Source of the DNA: Mobula hypostoma
Lineage: Eukaryota
DNA length: 64,000 nt
NCBI RefSeq assembly: GCF_963921235.1
Contig: NC_086108.1
Coordinates: forward strand, 3,286,001 to 3,350,000
Reading direction: 5' to 3'
Below, piece after piece: positions 25,430 to 37,250 of the stretch. Each line of letters begins with the position of its first letter. Position 1 is the first letter of the stretch. A program made the position numbers and the translations under genes. The notes below the pieces were generated by a model, which saw only the letters and a program-made list of their open reading frames with translations, was not told the origin of the DNA and did not search any database.

Positions 25430-27049
25430 TTCCTCTTCAGGCCTCAATAACTGACAAAGGATTGATGGCCCAGTTGGAAAAATTTAATAATGCTTGGATA
25501 AATCTTACATTAAAAGTATGGCAGAAGGTGGTTAATTCATGTGGAATTAATAACATGTTAAAACTCTTTAGATGGTGTGCATATGATACCGAATTCCTTC
25601 CCAACAGAGGAGATAAAAGATTTGAGCTATGGATAAAGAAAGGTCTTACAACCTACCTCTCATTTATAGATAAAAGAGTATTACAAAGTTTCCAAATCCT
25701 GCAGGACAAACATGGCCTAGAACATAATGACTTTTTTAGGTACCTTCAAATACGAAACTATGTTAACCAGAGTTGTAGATATACAGACCTATCAACAGTA
25801 GAATTAGAATTTTTCAAGATTCTGAATTCGGCTTGCAGTTCAATACCTAGTAAATCAGTTTCTCGCCTATATAATGCACTCTCCCATGCTAAAAATGTAA
25901 ATACACTGTATATTAAAGAGAAGTGGGAGAACGAAGCGGGGTTGGTACTTTCAGAGGAGGCTTGGGGGAAAATCTGCAGCTTTCAATGGTCCTCGACTAA
26001 TTCTTTGACTTGGAGAGAACATTGTTGGAAAAACATTATAAGATACTTCAAGACCCCATATCAGGAAAAATATAAAGATACAAATGTGATGTGTTGGAGA
26101 AGGTGCGGCTCCAAGGAGGCAAATCATTTTCATATTTTCTGGGATTGCCCTAAATTAAGTCTATTTTGGGAAGGTATTCATAGAACATTAGTTAAGGTAC
26201 TTAGGTCCCAGATACCTCTGAACTTTGAGACGCTCTATTTGGGGCATGTATTGTTCCTTGAACAGATGGAAGATATAAAGTTGCTGCAGGCCCTCTTAGC
26301 GGCAAGTAAGAAATCAATCACTAGAAAATGGCTAAATCCAATACCACCTACATTAGAAGATTGGCACGAAATTATCTTGGAAATATTTAAAATGGAAAAG
26401 TTGACCTACTCCCTGAGAACTCAAAAAGAAACATTTTATCAAATCTGGAATAAATGGATTGAATATATAACCCCAATGCGAGCAGACTTTAGATGACTCT
26501 CCTAATGATTTATATTGCTCTTCTCATCAACACAGTAATATTGCTAATGTAAGCACCCCTAGTCTAAATGTTTGTTTTTTTTTGGAAAATAGAGAATTAA
26601 CACAAGTAAAGGGAAAGATTTGGGAAAGGGATAAAAAAAAAATGAAAAAATTAAGTAAATAAGTACATAGGGATTGGATAATTATGTCTGCGGGCAGGAA
26701 CAAGCACGAACAAATTGGGATATAAACACCTACAATGGTTGGTATATAGGCTTGTATGCAACATTTTGGACCAGTGGAAATGGTCCAGAAGGGTTGTATG
26801 GAAACTATTATTACCATTTTTCTTAACAACTAATTTCATTACTTAGCCTAATAGGTTAGATTTACCACAGTACGTAATTATCTATTTAAATGTTTATTTT
26901 CCTTTTAATATCATCTCAATGTGTACTTAAGAATGTATAAATAATTGTAGTTTTATACATATAAAAAAATGGAAAAGGTTATATGTGTGAAAAAAATACA
27001 TGATAATTGTGAATTCCTTATCCAAATAAAAATAAAATTAAAAAAAAAA
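25430..27049 (+). mobile_element. 5'-truncated L1 with open ORF2 C-terminus, 3' UTR and poly(A)
   Basis: FFRYLQIR and CWRRCGSKEANHFHIFWDC zinc knuckle, stop at 26496; perfect TSD GAAACTCACAGGCC at 25416-25429 and 27050-27063. Confidence 0.93.
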
Positions 27050-27074
27050 GAAACTCACAGGCCAGGCAGCATCT

Positions 27075-27975
27075 CCAACAGGGACAAATCAGCATACAGA
27101 GCGGAGGTACAGAACTTAGTGAGCTGGTGCTCAGAGAACAACCTGCCTCTTAATACAGCAAAGACTAAGGAGCTAATTATCAATTTTGGAAAGTCACGGG
27201 ATGACGAGTACGCTCCAGTCTATATTAACCCGGAGACATAGTGGAGAGAGTGTCCCGTTTCAGGTTTCTGGGAATACACATCTCAGAAGACCTTACATGG
27301 TCCACTAACACCACAACAATAGTTACGAAAGCACAGCAACGCTTGTTTTTCCTCAGGACGCTGAAGAAAGCTGGTCTACCTGAACAAATGCTGGTGACCT
27401 TTTACCGCTGCACCATAGAGAGCATCTTAACATACTGCATCTCTGTGTGGTATCTCAGTTGTACAGCAGCTGATAGGAAAGCACTTCAGCGGGTCGTCTC
27501 TAGCGCACAGAAGATCATTGGGACACAGCTCCCAGCCCTGGAGGACACCTACAGCTCTCGCTGCCTAAGGAAAGCTACAAGCATCTGTAAGGACAATACA
27601 CACCCATGCAATCGTCTGTTTGAACTTCTTCCATCTGGCAGACATTATCAGATTTTCTATGCCCGCACTCCCAGACTGAAAAATAGCTTTTTCCCCAGAG
27701 CTATAATTGCACTGAACCAATCGATCAAGCATCATCCATAAATTTGTCATATTGCTACTTAAATACTGGTTTTATGGCTGTTATGCATCTGAGTTGCGCT
27801 TTTGTACTGCTGGACATTGCTTGTACTGGCTGGTTACTTGATTTTATTTATTGTTTATTCATTTTATTTGTTATTTTATCTGAGTACGAGAGTTGCAAAC
27901 TCATTTTCGCTGTATTGGTGCATGACAAGTACTATGCAATGACAATAAAGATATTTCAATTTTCTATTTCAATTT
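27075..27975 (+). mobile_element. Rex1/Babar-type LINE 3' fragment
   Basis: LNTAKTKELII, FRFLGIHISEDLTW, FYRCTIESIL, NSFFPRAI; (tttcaa)n-like tail; catct at both junctions. Confidence 0.85.
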
Positions 27976-28145
27976 CATCTATGGAAAGGAGTACAGTCGA
28001 CGTTTCAGGCCGAGACCCTTCATCAGTCCCAATGAAACGTCGACTGTACTTTTTTTCCATAGATGCTGCCTGGCCTGTTGAGTTCCTCCAGCATTTTGTG
28101 TGTGTTGCTTGGATTTCCAGCACCTGCAGATTTTCTCTTGTTTGT
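27976..28145. mobile_element. Penelope-derived fold-back element, right part (left part at 25400-25429 and 27050-27074)
   Basis: gtacagtcgacgtttca...tgaaacgtcgactgtac; minus-strand CUGAUGA..GAAA core. Confidence 0.8.
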
Positions 28146-28263
28146 GAAAAGACCATGGAACCCATTCAAAGAAAAACATCAAACACCCAACATGTAAACA
28201 AAGGAACAAATCACGCAAATGAGTGAAAAATGCAAAATTTAAAACATCAAGCCACTGAGTCAC

Positions 28264-28423
28264 TGAAACAGTCCGAGAACGTTCAGTTCAGTTTAGATCA
28301 GTTTAACACTGTGTCGTTTGCTGGCTGCAGGATGCAGAGCCAGTGAAACGGTCTGGGAACGTTCAGTTCAGTTTAGATCAGTTTAACACTGTGTCGTCTG
28401 CTGGCTGCAGGGTGCAGAGCCAG
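28264..28423. repeat. About 80-bp tandem duplication
   Basis: gaacgttcagttcagtttagatcagtttaacactgtgtcgt..gcagagccagt occurs twice. Confidence 0.85.
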
Positions 28424-29721
28424 TCCACCCCTATCAAAATTCAATTTTAAAAAATAGCAATTAAAAAAAGGAAAAACCAGAAACCAGAAACACAAATAAC
28501 ATGAACAGCAGATTCCAATCCACAAACCACTTCGATTAAACTTTGCCCAAGATCCAAGACTCCAGCACCATCCTCTGGCAAAAACTCATTTCTAGTATTT
28601 GCCACTTTTCTCAGGTAAGAACAAAAGAAATAGAGTCTGGAGTAAACCCATTCTCATTTTCAGATCTATTAGAAAAACGGAGGGGTGTGTAGGAGGGAAG
28701 AGTTAGACTGATCTTGGAAGAGAGTAAAAGGTTGGCACAGGATTGTGGGCAGATGGGCTTGTACTGTGCTGTAATATTCTATGTTCATTCAATAAAACTA
28801 TGATTGGCCGTTCTAGTGTTTGTATTTTCTCAGTGTCACTTCCTAGGTGTGCAGTGTTCCTTGGATTGTTTACCTTTATATTTAATTGTTTGAGTTTGGA
28901 CCAGCTCTGGTTTTCACTTTGCATTGCAGGTGTCTCATTTGGGACCACGGGGATTGTTAAACTCTCTTTGTATCTATCACCTTTATTCAATTTGGGATAA
29001 TTTAGTTAGCACGGTATTTTCAATGTCTTGCATTGTAATTGTTGGCTTTGGGGATTATTGCTTTGTCTGGCCACCTATGTTGTCTGATTGGTTCTGAATT
29101 CCTACAAGCTCCAGGGTGTGCTTCAGGGAACCACGTCAATCCCTCTTTGCTCGGTCGTTGAGGTTCCTTGTCTGGTGAAACTCTGACCGAGTTCTTCAGT
29201 GTATCGTCAGTGATTTCAGTTCTTCAAGTTTCTGTATAGTTTGAGCTTTTGTTAGTTTTGCTGGTTAATTTCTGTAATGAATCTTTTGTGTGAATTGCTG
29301 AAGTCTCTGTAATTCCTGCACTTGCGCTTGCTAGTGACCCTTACATCTAGGCCCTATTCTATAAGTGGTATTTAGAGTTCTACAGCACAGAAACAGGCCC
29401 TTCAGTCCACTGAGTTCATGCTAACCACCTAATACCCATTAAATATCAATCCATTTTAATCTTCCCATGTGCCCAACTGCCCCCAGATTCACCTACACGC
29501 TGGAACCAGTTAAACTACTGGCCCACAGATCCTTAGGATGTGGAAAACCCACACGGTCCCAGGGAAAGCTTGCAAACTCCACACAGTCAGACTTGAGGTC
29601 AGGATCAAATCTGGATTGCTGCTGCAGCAAGATCCTTTCCTGCCTGATCCTTCTAATTCTCGATTCCTCTTCAGTTTAAAAATCCATCAGTATAAGCTTT
29701 AAGTAGAGAATGTCACTGTAC

Positions 29722-29788
29722 CTTCCAGCCTAGTAGATCAGCGAGAGCCAGACAGCCATCGTCACAGGAACCTACGTAAGCTACATCC
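29722..29788 (-). CDS. SIRT2: Sirtuin-2 internal exon (67 nt)
   Basis: cagcag|(R)DVAYVGSCDDGCLALADLLGWK|gtaca. Confidence 0.96.
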
Positions 29789-29929
29789 CTGCTGAGACAA
29801 AATTGTGCCACATCAGGATAGACGTGCAACATGAAGATCCCAAAACAATGAATACATGTAAATAAACAACAGGACTCATGTTTTTTCATTATAAAAGTCC
29901 ATAATTATTGTTACTAATCAATTAATCAG

Positions 29930-30300
29930 GGTGGCGTGGTGGAGACCCATCTCTACCAAAGGAGATGTAAGGCGCTCCATCACTTTGCTAGCCTGTAGGT
30001 CACCCTTGGACAAGGTGTAGCATCTGCTTAGCCCCCGATCAGGGTCATGTGAAGCCATGGGAGCAGGTGGTGGATGGTCGTTTGAGCATCTGGTGCATCA
30101 CAAGCCCTGGTTATGTGACCACTGACACCAGGCAGACAATCTCTGAAGAGTATTGATAATGGCTGGAGTCACCCATCCTGTAAAGACACCGCCCAGAAGA
30201 AGGCAATGGCAAACCACTTCGGTAGAAAATTTTGCCGAGAACAATCATGGTCATGGGAAGACCATGAATACCAACAAGCCACATCATAAACAAACAACTT
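29930..30300 (+). mobile_element. RTE-related non-autonomous retroposon
   Basis: agaagaaggcaatggcaaaccac resembles the RTE/Bov-A motif GAAGGAAATGGCAACCCAC. Confidence 0.55.
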
Positions 30301-30776
30301 AAAATCATGAAAGATATGCCATTTAAAAGGATGCAGGAATCAAGAACCAGGGGCACATAGAATGAAGCTGATTCTCAAAATGATCCTGCTAGGAGTAGAT
30401 TGTAGTGTGCAGAAGGATGTTCTTCATATCCGAATGAAGAAAATTTGCAGGGCTGTTTGGCGAGGAGTGGAGGAATGGAATGAGTTGGATTTCTCTTATA
30501 TTAGACTGATGGGCTGCTTCTCTCTGTGTTGCAACTGTTCTTTAATCCTATGCCCTGACACGTTAATCTGTTGTTCACTATTGACACTGCCTACTGAGTA
30601 TTTCCAGTATTTTCTGGTCTATTTTAGACTTAGAGCTTTCCCAGTATCTTGGTGTAAAGGGTAAAAGGATTTAGTGCCTTGATTTATATTTTTATAAAAT
30701 AGCTTGGATACATTCATAAGACACAGCCGGGTAAAGTCTCAGTCCAAGCTGACAAAATAATCTGCGACAAACTTGC

Positions 30777-30844
30777 CTGTAGGCTTTTTCAGAATCAAAG
30801 TCAAGGGAATTCCCAAGCCCCAGAAGTGCCATCATGGGATCACC
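30777..30844 (-). CDS. SIRT2: Sirtuin-2 internal exon (68 nt) with GC donor
   Basis: cag|GDPMMALLGLGNSLDFDSEKAY+AG|gcaagt; SIRT2-specific insertion loop (human SDPFLGMIMGLGGGMDFDSKKAYR). Confidence 0.94.
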
Positions 30845-30888
30845 CTGAGGGAAAGAAAGAAAAACATACACTCATTAACTAACAGGAA

Positions 30889-31021
30889 CACTGACAACAA
30901 AGATTTTGCTTCCTGAATACTTTTGGGTGATCTTATGGATTTTGAGCTGCTGATCATGAAAATCATCATGAAAAAATATTTCTGAAGAAGCAACACTTCT
31001 GAAAAAATTTGTTGTCAAGTG
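30889..31021. mobile_element. 133-bp MITE of the Chapaev3-like family
   Basis: cactgacaacaaagattttgcttcc...gaagcaacact..tttgttgtcaagtg; both ends match 44713-46371. Confidence 0.75.
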
Positions 31022-31910
31022 GAGTCAATAGAACATTTTAACCTATCAATCTATCAACATCTGCTGTGTGTACGATCAATCTAACCCGTCACCTGCTGGC
31101 TGTCCACTGATTTCAATGATGACGACAGGAACCTGTACGGGAAAGCTTTTGAAGTGAAATAGCCAATGCACTGGGGCGGTTCCACTCTCTTGACCTCAGT
31201 AGCCCTATTTTGGTGGCACGAGTGATCGCCAGCCACAAGTGGAGATCCCCTTGGTTGCAGTGGATGGCCATGTCACCTTCTGTGCCTCTCCATGGAGCAC
31301 TACAGAACCACCTTCCTGGCCATTGGATCTCACTGTTAATCTCATCCATCCGGTCCACTGAAACTGATTTTGCTATCCCTATCCCACTGGCATTCGAGGC
31401 AAACTGGCTACCCCTCACCTGGTTTAGACCACCGGTTGAAGCAATGACCTAGTGTGTGGCTGCTGTTGCATGCAAACCCTACCCACCTAAACAGCCCATA
31501 ACTCTCCAATTTTCTTTCATCCATGTGCCTATCTAAGAGTCTTTAAAATGTCCCTAAAGTATCTGTCTCTACCACTACCTCTGACATCTCTCCTAAACTT
31601 TCCTCCATCAGTTTAAAAGAATGTCCTCTGGTATTAACCACTGTCACCCTGGGAAAAAAAAGTCTTTGGCTGTCCACTTGATCTATGCCTCTCTTAATAT
31701 TATACAACTCTATCAGGTTGCCGCTCATCCTCCTTTCCTTCACCCAAACAGAAAAATGCATGTGTACAGGAAAGTGATAAAATTGTGTGTAGAAGTGGAA
31801 TTTTAAAGAGAGATGCTGGAAATCCAGAGCAATACACACCCAAAATTTTGGAGAAACTCAGCAGGTCAGGCAGCATCTATAGAGAGGAATTAACAGTTGA
31901 TATTTCAGGC

Positions 31911-32233
31911 CAACCTCCAAAAGGACCACAAAATGTAGGGTTTGGAGGCTTGCTCGTCTTAGTGACCCTGAGAGTTATGTTGGCTGGAGTCAGGTCTTTA
32001 TGCTCTGGCTCTCGGTAGGGTCACCCATGCCAAACAGGTCAAAGGGTAGAGGCCAGACTAAGGGTAGTCCACCGGTCCTCCAGGTTCAGGGGTTCAGCTC
32101 AGGGTTAACAACCCTGGCTGATCAAACAAAACTGTTATGGAAACAGCAATGAAGAGTCCTTCTGCATCTGAGTGGCCTCAGACAGACAGAGGTGTGCCCT
32201 AAATGCCAGTGGCATAATGGGCAAATTCAGTTC
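31911..32233 (+). mobile_element. RTE 5'UTR-like non-autonomous element inserted in a Penelope-derived element
   Basis: TSD atttcaggc at 31902-31910 and 32234-32242. Confidence 0.65.
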
Positions 32234-32587
32234 ATTTCAGGCTGACACCCTTTCATCAGTCCTGGCCCAAACTATCAACAAATCTCCATAGATGCAGCCT
32301 GACCTGTTAAGGAGATAGAAATGGGTTAGCACATGTACTTGGAAGCACAATCTAATTCCAGAAGCATTTGTGGGTCAGTTTCTCACTGTGATTAGAAGAC
32401 TAGAAGACACTCCAGTGCAGCACCGAGAGTGCGCTACAGTCTTGAAGACACCTTCAATCGGGTATCACATTAGACTGTTTATCTTCTCAGGAAGATAAAG
32501 AAGATCCCATGGCTACTATTTCAAGGAAAACAGTAACTTCATCAATGTTTTTTCACTATGATGCTGAAATACATCGTAGGATGTGCT

Positions 32588-33250
32588 GGGACACATCATT
32601 AGTGATGTAACCTGGGGTCATCGGGTGCTTTGCATCTTTCAACATCAGACACCCTCGGCCAGGTGACCCAACCAGGGTTGATCAAGCCCCAGCTCATGTC
32701 CTGGCAGCATTGGCCCATGGGTCCCACCTCTTGATCCATAGCCATCTGGAGGCTCACTAACAGTTTCTGTGAGGGTCCTGAAGGCTCTTTTCTTTGCCGC
32801 CCCATAATGGCAAGGAGTGAGTAGGTTCTGCACAGCGAGCAGCTAGCAAAAGCTCCACACCCCATCTCTGTAGGCTCGCACCGTGTCCTCCACCCCTGTC
32901 TCTGGCACTGCTCTACTAGCTGCTGGTATTTGGCTCTTCTAACGTTCAAATGCCTTCTCAATCTGGTGTTCACAAGGAGCTGCCATTTCTACCATGACCA
33001 CCGGCTTTGATGTTTCTGACAAAATGCACAACGCAGGGATGAAGTCAGGGAACTTTAATTATTTGCCCAGATGGACTTTCAGTTGCCAGTCAGATGCCAT
33101 GGTGAGCAAGCCTGCTGGTGGTCTAGGCTGAGGCTATGGTTGGTCTCCAGCTTTGACAAAGGCTATGGGGTTACTGGGTTGGCGGAGGTGCCTACTGTTG
33201 TTAATGGCTGAGGAGATACTTTCTGCCATTGCCTTCAGCACCTGGTAATA
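32588..33250 (-). mobile_element. HERO-like (R2 group, restriction-like endonuclease) retrotransposon 3' fragment
   Basis: QVLKAMAESI..IAFVKAGDQP; AKYQQLVEQCQRQGWRTRCEP.EMGC; clade assignment from memory. Confidence 0.6.
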
Positions 33251-33354
33251 GACATCAGTTAAACACAAATATCTGAGTAATTTGTTTTGCAGTTTACAAG
33301 AGCAAGTTGATTGGTGCATTTCCTACATTAAAATAGTTAAACAGAGATTCACCT

Positions 33355-34480
33355 AGCACTCCACCAGCCTCCACGTCCAGCATGTAATTCTCATAACTTC
33401 TGTCATCTCCAACTGGATCCCACCACCAGCCTCCACGTTCAGCATGTAATTCTCCGTAACTTCTGTCATCTCCAACTGGATCCCACCACCAGTCTCCACG
33501 TCCAGCATGTAAGTCTCATAACTTCTGTCATCTGCAACTGGATCCCACCACCGAGCACATCTTTCCCTCCCCCCCACCACAACTCTCTGTTTTCCACAGG
33601 GATCGCTCCCTACCTGACTCCCTTGTCCATTTGCCCCTCCCCACTGATCTCCCTCCTGGGATTTATCCTTGCAAGCAGAACAAGTGCTACACCTGCCCCT
33701 ACACCTCCTCCCTCACTACCATTCAGGGCCCTAAAGAGTCCTTCCAGGTGAAGCGACACTTCACCTGGGAGTCTGTTGGGGTCATATATGTGTTCAGTGC
33801 TCCCCGTATGGCCTCGGGTATATTGGTGAGACCTGACGTAGATTGGGAGACCACTTCGCCAAGCACCTACACTCCATCCGCCATAAAAAGCGGGATCTCC
33901 CAGTGGCCACCCATTTTAATTTCACTTCCCATTCTGACATGTAAATCCATGGCCTCCTCTACAGTGGCAATGAGGTGGGAGGAGCAACACCTTATATTCC
34001 ATCTGGGTAGCCTCCTACCTGATGGCACAAAAGTCGATTTCTCGAACTTCCTGTAATATCTCCACCTCCCTTTCACCATTCCCCATTCCCTTTGCTCTCT
34101 CTCTCACCTTATCTCCTTACCTGCCCATCACCTCCCTCTGGTGCTCTTCCTTCTTCCATTTCTTCCACGGTCTTCTACCCTCTGCTATACGATTCCACCT
34201 TCTCCAGCCCTGTATCTCTTTCACCAATCAACTTCCCAGCACTTTACTTCATCCTGATCCACACCCGGCTATCCTATCACCCTGTTGTTCTTCCTCTCTT
34301 CCCCCTAACTTCTAACTCTGACTCCTTATCTTTTTTTTTCTCCAGTCCTGATGAAGAGTCTCGGCCTGAAACGTCGCTATACTCTTTCCTATAGATGCTG
34401 CCTGACCTGCTGAGTTCCTCCAGCATTTTGTGTGTGTTGCTTTGGATTTCCAGCATCTGCAGATTGTCTCTTGTTTGTCA
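33355..34480 (+). mobile_element. Penelope-like element (GIY-YIG remnant plus pLTR)
   Basis: PGIYPCKQNKCYTCPY..HFTWESVGVIY..EEQHLIFHLGSL.PDG; hammerhead core at 34343-34380; inverted pLTR copy from ~34510. Confidence 0.85.
33362..33552. repeat. Triplicated ~63-bp unit at the Penelope 5' end
   Basis: caccagcctccacgtccagcatgtaattctc..ataacttctgtcatctccaactggatccca x3. Confidence 0.85.
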
Positions 34481-34828
34481 ACGGTGCTTCATCTGGGTTT
34501 AAGTTCACTGAACACAAGGGATTCTGCAGATGCTGGAAATACAGGGCAACAAACACACAAGATGCTGGAGGAACTCAGCAGGTCAGGAATAAACCATAGA
34601 TGCTGCCTGACCTGCTGTGTTCCTCCAGCACATTGTGTGCATTGCATAAGTTTCTTAAAGACAAGGTTTGTCTCCCTTTCTCTCCTTTCCCGTTGTTCCC
34701 CACCTCTCTCTCTATGCAACAATTAGAGTACTGTGCCACCAGATTATGTGTGAGGTGATAGTTAGAGGTGAGGTGGAGTGAACTAATTAATGATGGGTTA
34801 TGAAGGCTTGCTGGAAATTTCAACACAC

Positions 34829-34880
34829 CTGACGACTGATCTCCTTGTTAATGAGTAGCCTCGGTGTGGACTTGGACACT
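34829..34880 (-). CDS. SIRT2: Sirtuin-2 internal exon (52 nt)
   Basis: cag|(R)VSKSTPRLLINKEISRQ|gtgtg; PRLLINKE motif. Confidence 0.96.
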
Positions 34881-35224
34881 CTGTGTGAGAAAGGAAGAAA
34901 GCATAATTATCACAATCCTCATGTGAGCTCTCACACCTCGTGGAGTCCCAGTTTCCTGTAATGAGCAGCAGCACAGAGCCAGAGCAGATCTATTTCAAGC
35001 AATTAAATCAGCTCTTTGGGGAACATCTCCTATGCTTTTACATCTCTGAGCAGAGCAATGCTGCAGCTAGAATTAAAGAATTAAACAAGCGAGCCCTGGG
35101 TTTCAGGTTTATACCAAAAACAAGGAGTGCTGCCACAACAAAGCGGCATCCATCATCAAGGATCTCCACCATCCAGGCCAAGCTCTCTTCTCACTGCTGC
35201 CATTGGGAAGGAGGGCCAACACCA

Positions 35225-35910
35225 CTAGAGTCACAGAAAAGTACAGAACAGAAACAGGCCCTTTGGCCCATCCAGTCTGTCCCAAGCATTTAAACTGTCT
35301 CCTCCAATCGACCTGCACCGTGACCCATCACCCTCCATACTGCTTCCGTCCATGTACTTATCCAAACTTCTCTTAAACGTTGAAATTGAACTCGCCACTT
35401 GCGCTAACAGCTTGTTCCAACTCTCTCACAACCCTCGGATTGGAGACATTTCCCCTCATGTTCCCCTTAAACTTTTCACCTTTCACCCTTAACCCATGAC
35501 CTCTAGTTATAGTCCCACCCAACCTCAGTGGAAAAAGTCTCCTTGCATTTACCGTATCTATAGCCCTTCGTAATTTTGTATACCTCTACCAAATCACCCC
35601 TCAATCTTCTATGTTCCAAGGAAAAAGGTCCTAACCTACTGAACCTTTCCCGGTAACTCAGGTCTCCAATCCCGGTTACATCTTTGTAAATTTTCTCTGT
35701 ACTCTTTCAACATTATTTACATCTTTACTGCAGGTAGGTAATCAAAACTGCACATAATACTTCACATTAGGCTTCATCATTGTCTTATAGAACTTCAACA
35801 TAACATCCCAGCTCCTGTACTCAATACCTTGATTTTTGAAGGCAAAAGTGCCAATAGCCTTCCTTATGACCCTATCAACCTGTGACACCACTTTCAATAA
35901 ATTATGAACC
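35225..35910 (-). mobile_element. CR1 3' fragment
   Basis: Similar to 13285-14300 and 19035-19320. Confidence 0.75.
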
Positions 35911-36329
35911 TAATTTCATTAGATTAGGCCAGGGAATGGGGTTGAGGAAGAGGAAAATGGATCAGCCATGATTGAATGGTAGCGCAGACTCGATGGGCCA
36001 AATGGCCTAATTCTGCTCCTGTCTTATTGTCTTATTGTCCATGGGCCTGCATTCCCAGATCCCTCTGATCCACGGCACTCCTCAGTGTCCTAACATTCAC
36101 TGTGTAAGACCTACCCTAGTTGGTCCAACTGAAGTGCAACAGTTCGCACTAGGTTCAGGAACAGTTATTACCCTTCAACCATCAGGTTCTGAAACGGTGT
36201 GGACATCTTCACTAACCAAAACTCTGAACTAATTCCACAACTGACAGACTCATTTTCAAGTACACAAGTCATGTTCTCAGTATCATTTATTTATTTACGT
36301 AACTAAGGAATAGAGGGGCTGAGAAACCA

Positions 36330-37250
36330 TTTCAAGTTCTTGGGTGTCAATATCTCTGAGGACCTAACCTGGACACAACATATTGATGCAATTATAAAGA
36401 AAGCAAGACAGCAGCTATATTTCATTTAGAGTTTGAGGAGATTTGGTTTGTCAACTAAAGCACTTGAAAACGTGTACAGATGTACCGTGGAGATCATTCT
36501 GACTGGCTGCATCACCAGCTGGTATGAGGATAGTGGGGGTGGGGGGCGGGCTACTGCATAAGATTGTAGAAAGTTGCAGAAACTTGTATAATTAGTCATC
36601 TCCATCATGGGTACCAGCCTCCGTAGTATCTAAGGTATCTTCAAGGAGTGGTGCCTTATGAGGGTGGCGTCCCTCATTAAAGACCCCCATTACCGAGGAC
36701 ATGCTCTCTTCTCATTGCTACCATCAGGGAGGAGGTACAGAAGCCTGAAGACACACACTCAATGATTCAGGAACAGCTTCTTCCCCTCAGCCACCAGGTT
36801 TCTGAATGGACATTGAACCTCACTACTTTTTTTATTTGTGTTTTTTTTGCACTTTTTATTTCAACTTGACTATTTAATAGACATGTATATGCTTACTGTA
36901 ACTCAGTTTTTTTCTCTATATTTATCTATCATGGGGAACGTCGACTCAGACCATGAGAGGCCTGTGCTGGGCATTTTCATGCCTTACAAGGCGCAGATTG
37001 GAAGTCTGTGGGGCACCACTCCTCGCACAGACACGAGAGCAATGTGTGATTAAGTGCCTTGCTCAAGGGCACAAACACGCTGCCACAGCTGAGGCTCGAA
37101 CCAGCGACCTTCAGATCACTAGATGAACGTCTTAACCACTTGGCCACGTGCCCACGTGTATTTATCTATCGTGTATTTCATTATACTGCTGCCATTAAGC
37201 TAACGAATTGCACGACGTATGCTGGTGATATTAAACCCGATTCTGATTCT
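36330..37250 (+). mobile_element. Rex1/Babar 3' fragment
   Basis: FKFLGVNISEDLTW..PSGRRYRS..NSFFP remnants; (gattct)n tail. Confidence 0.8.
36934..37158 (-). mobile_element. tRNA-derived SINE with CORE-like segment
   Basis: tggccaagtgg A box, ggttcgagcc B box, cccttgagcaaggcacttaa; TSD tatttatctatc(a/g)tg at 36919-36933 and 37159-37173. Confidence 0.8.

Noticed and set aside
25237..26496. 419-aa ORF as a host gene
   Set aside because: Chance read-through from SINE and microsatellite sequence into a truncated L1 ORF2 that begins at 25430
28795..29345. Possible solo LTR ending in ttaca
   Set aside because: No clear TG start and no matching TSD
37085..37158. tRNA genes here and at 25100, 41080 and 48698
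   Set aside because: These are SINE heads followed by bodies and tails, mostly with TSDs; no complete cloverleaf established
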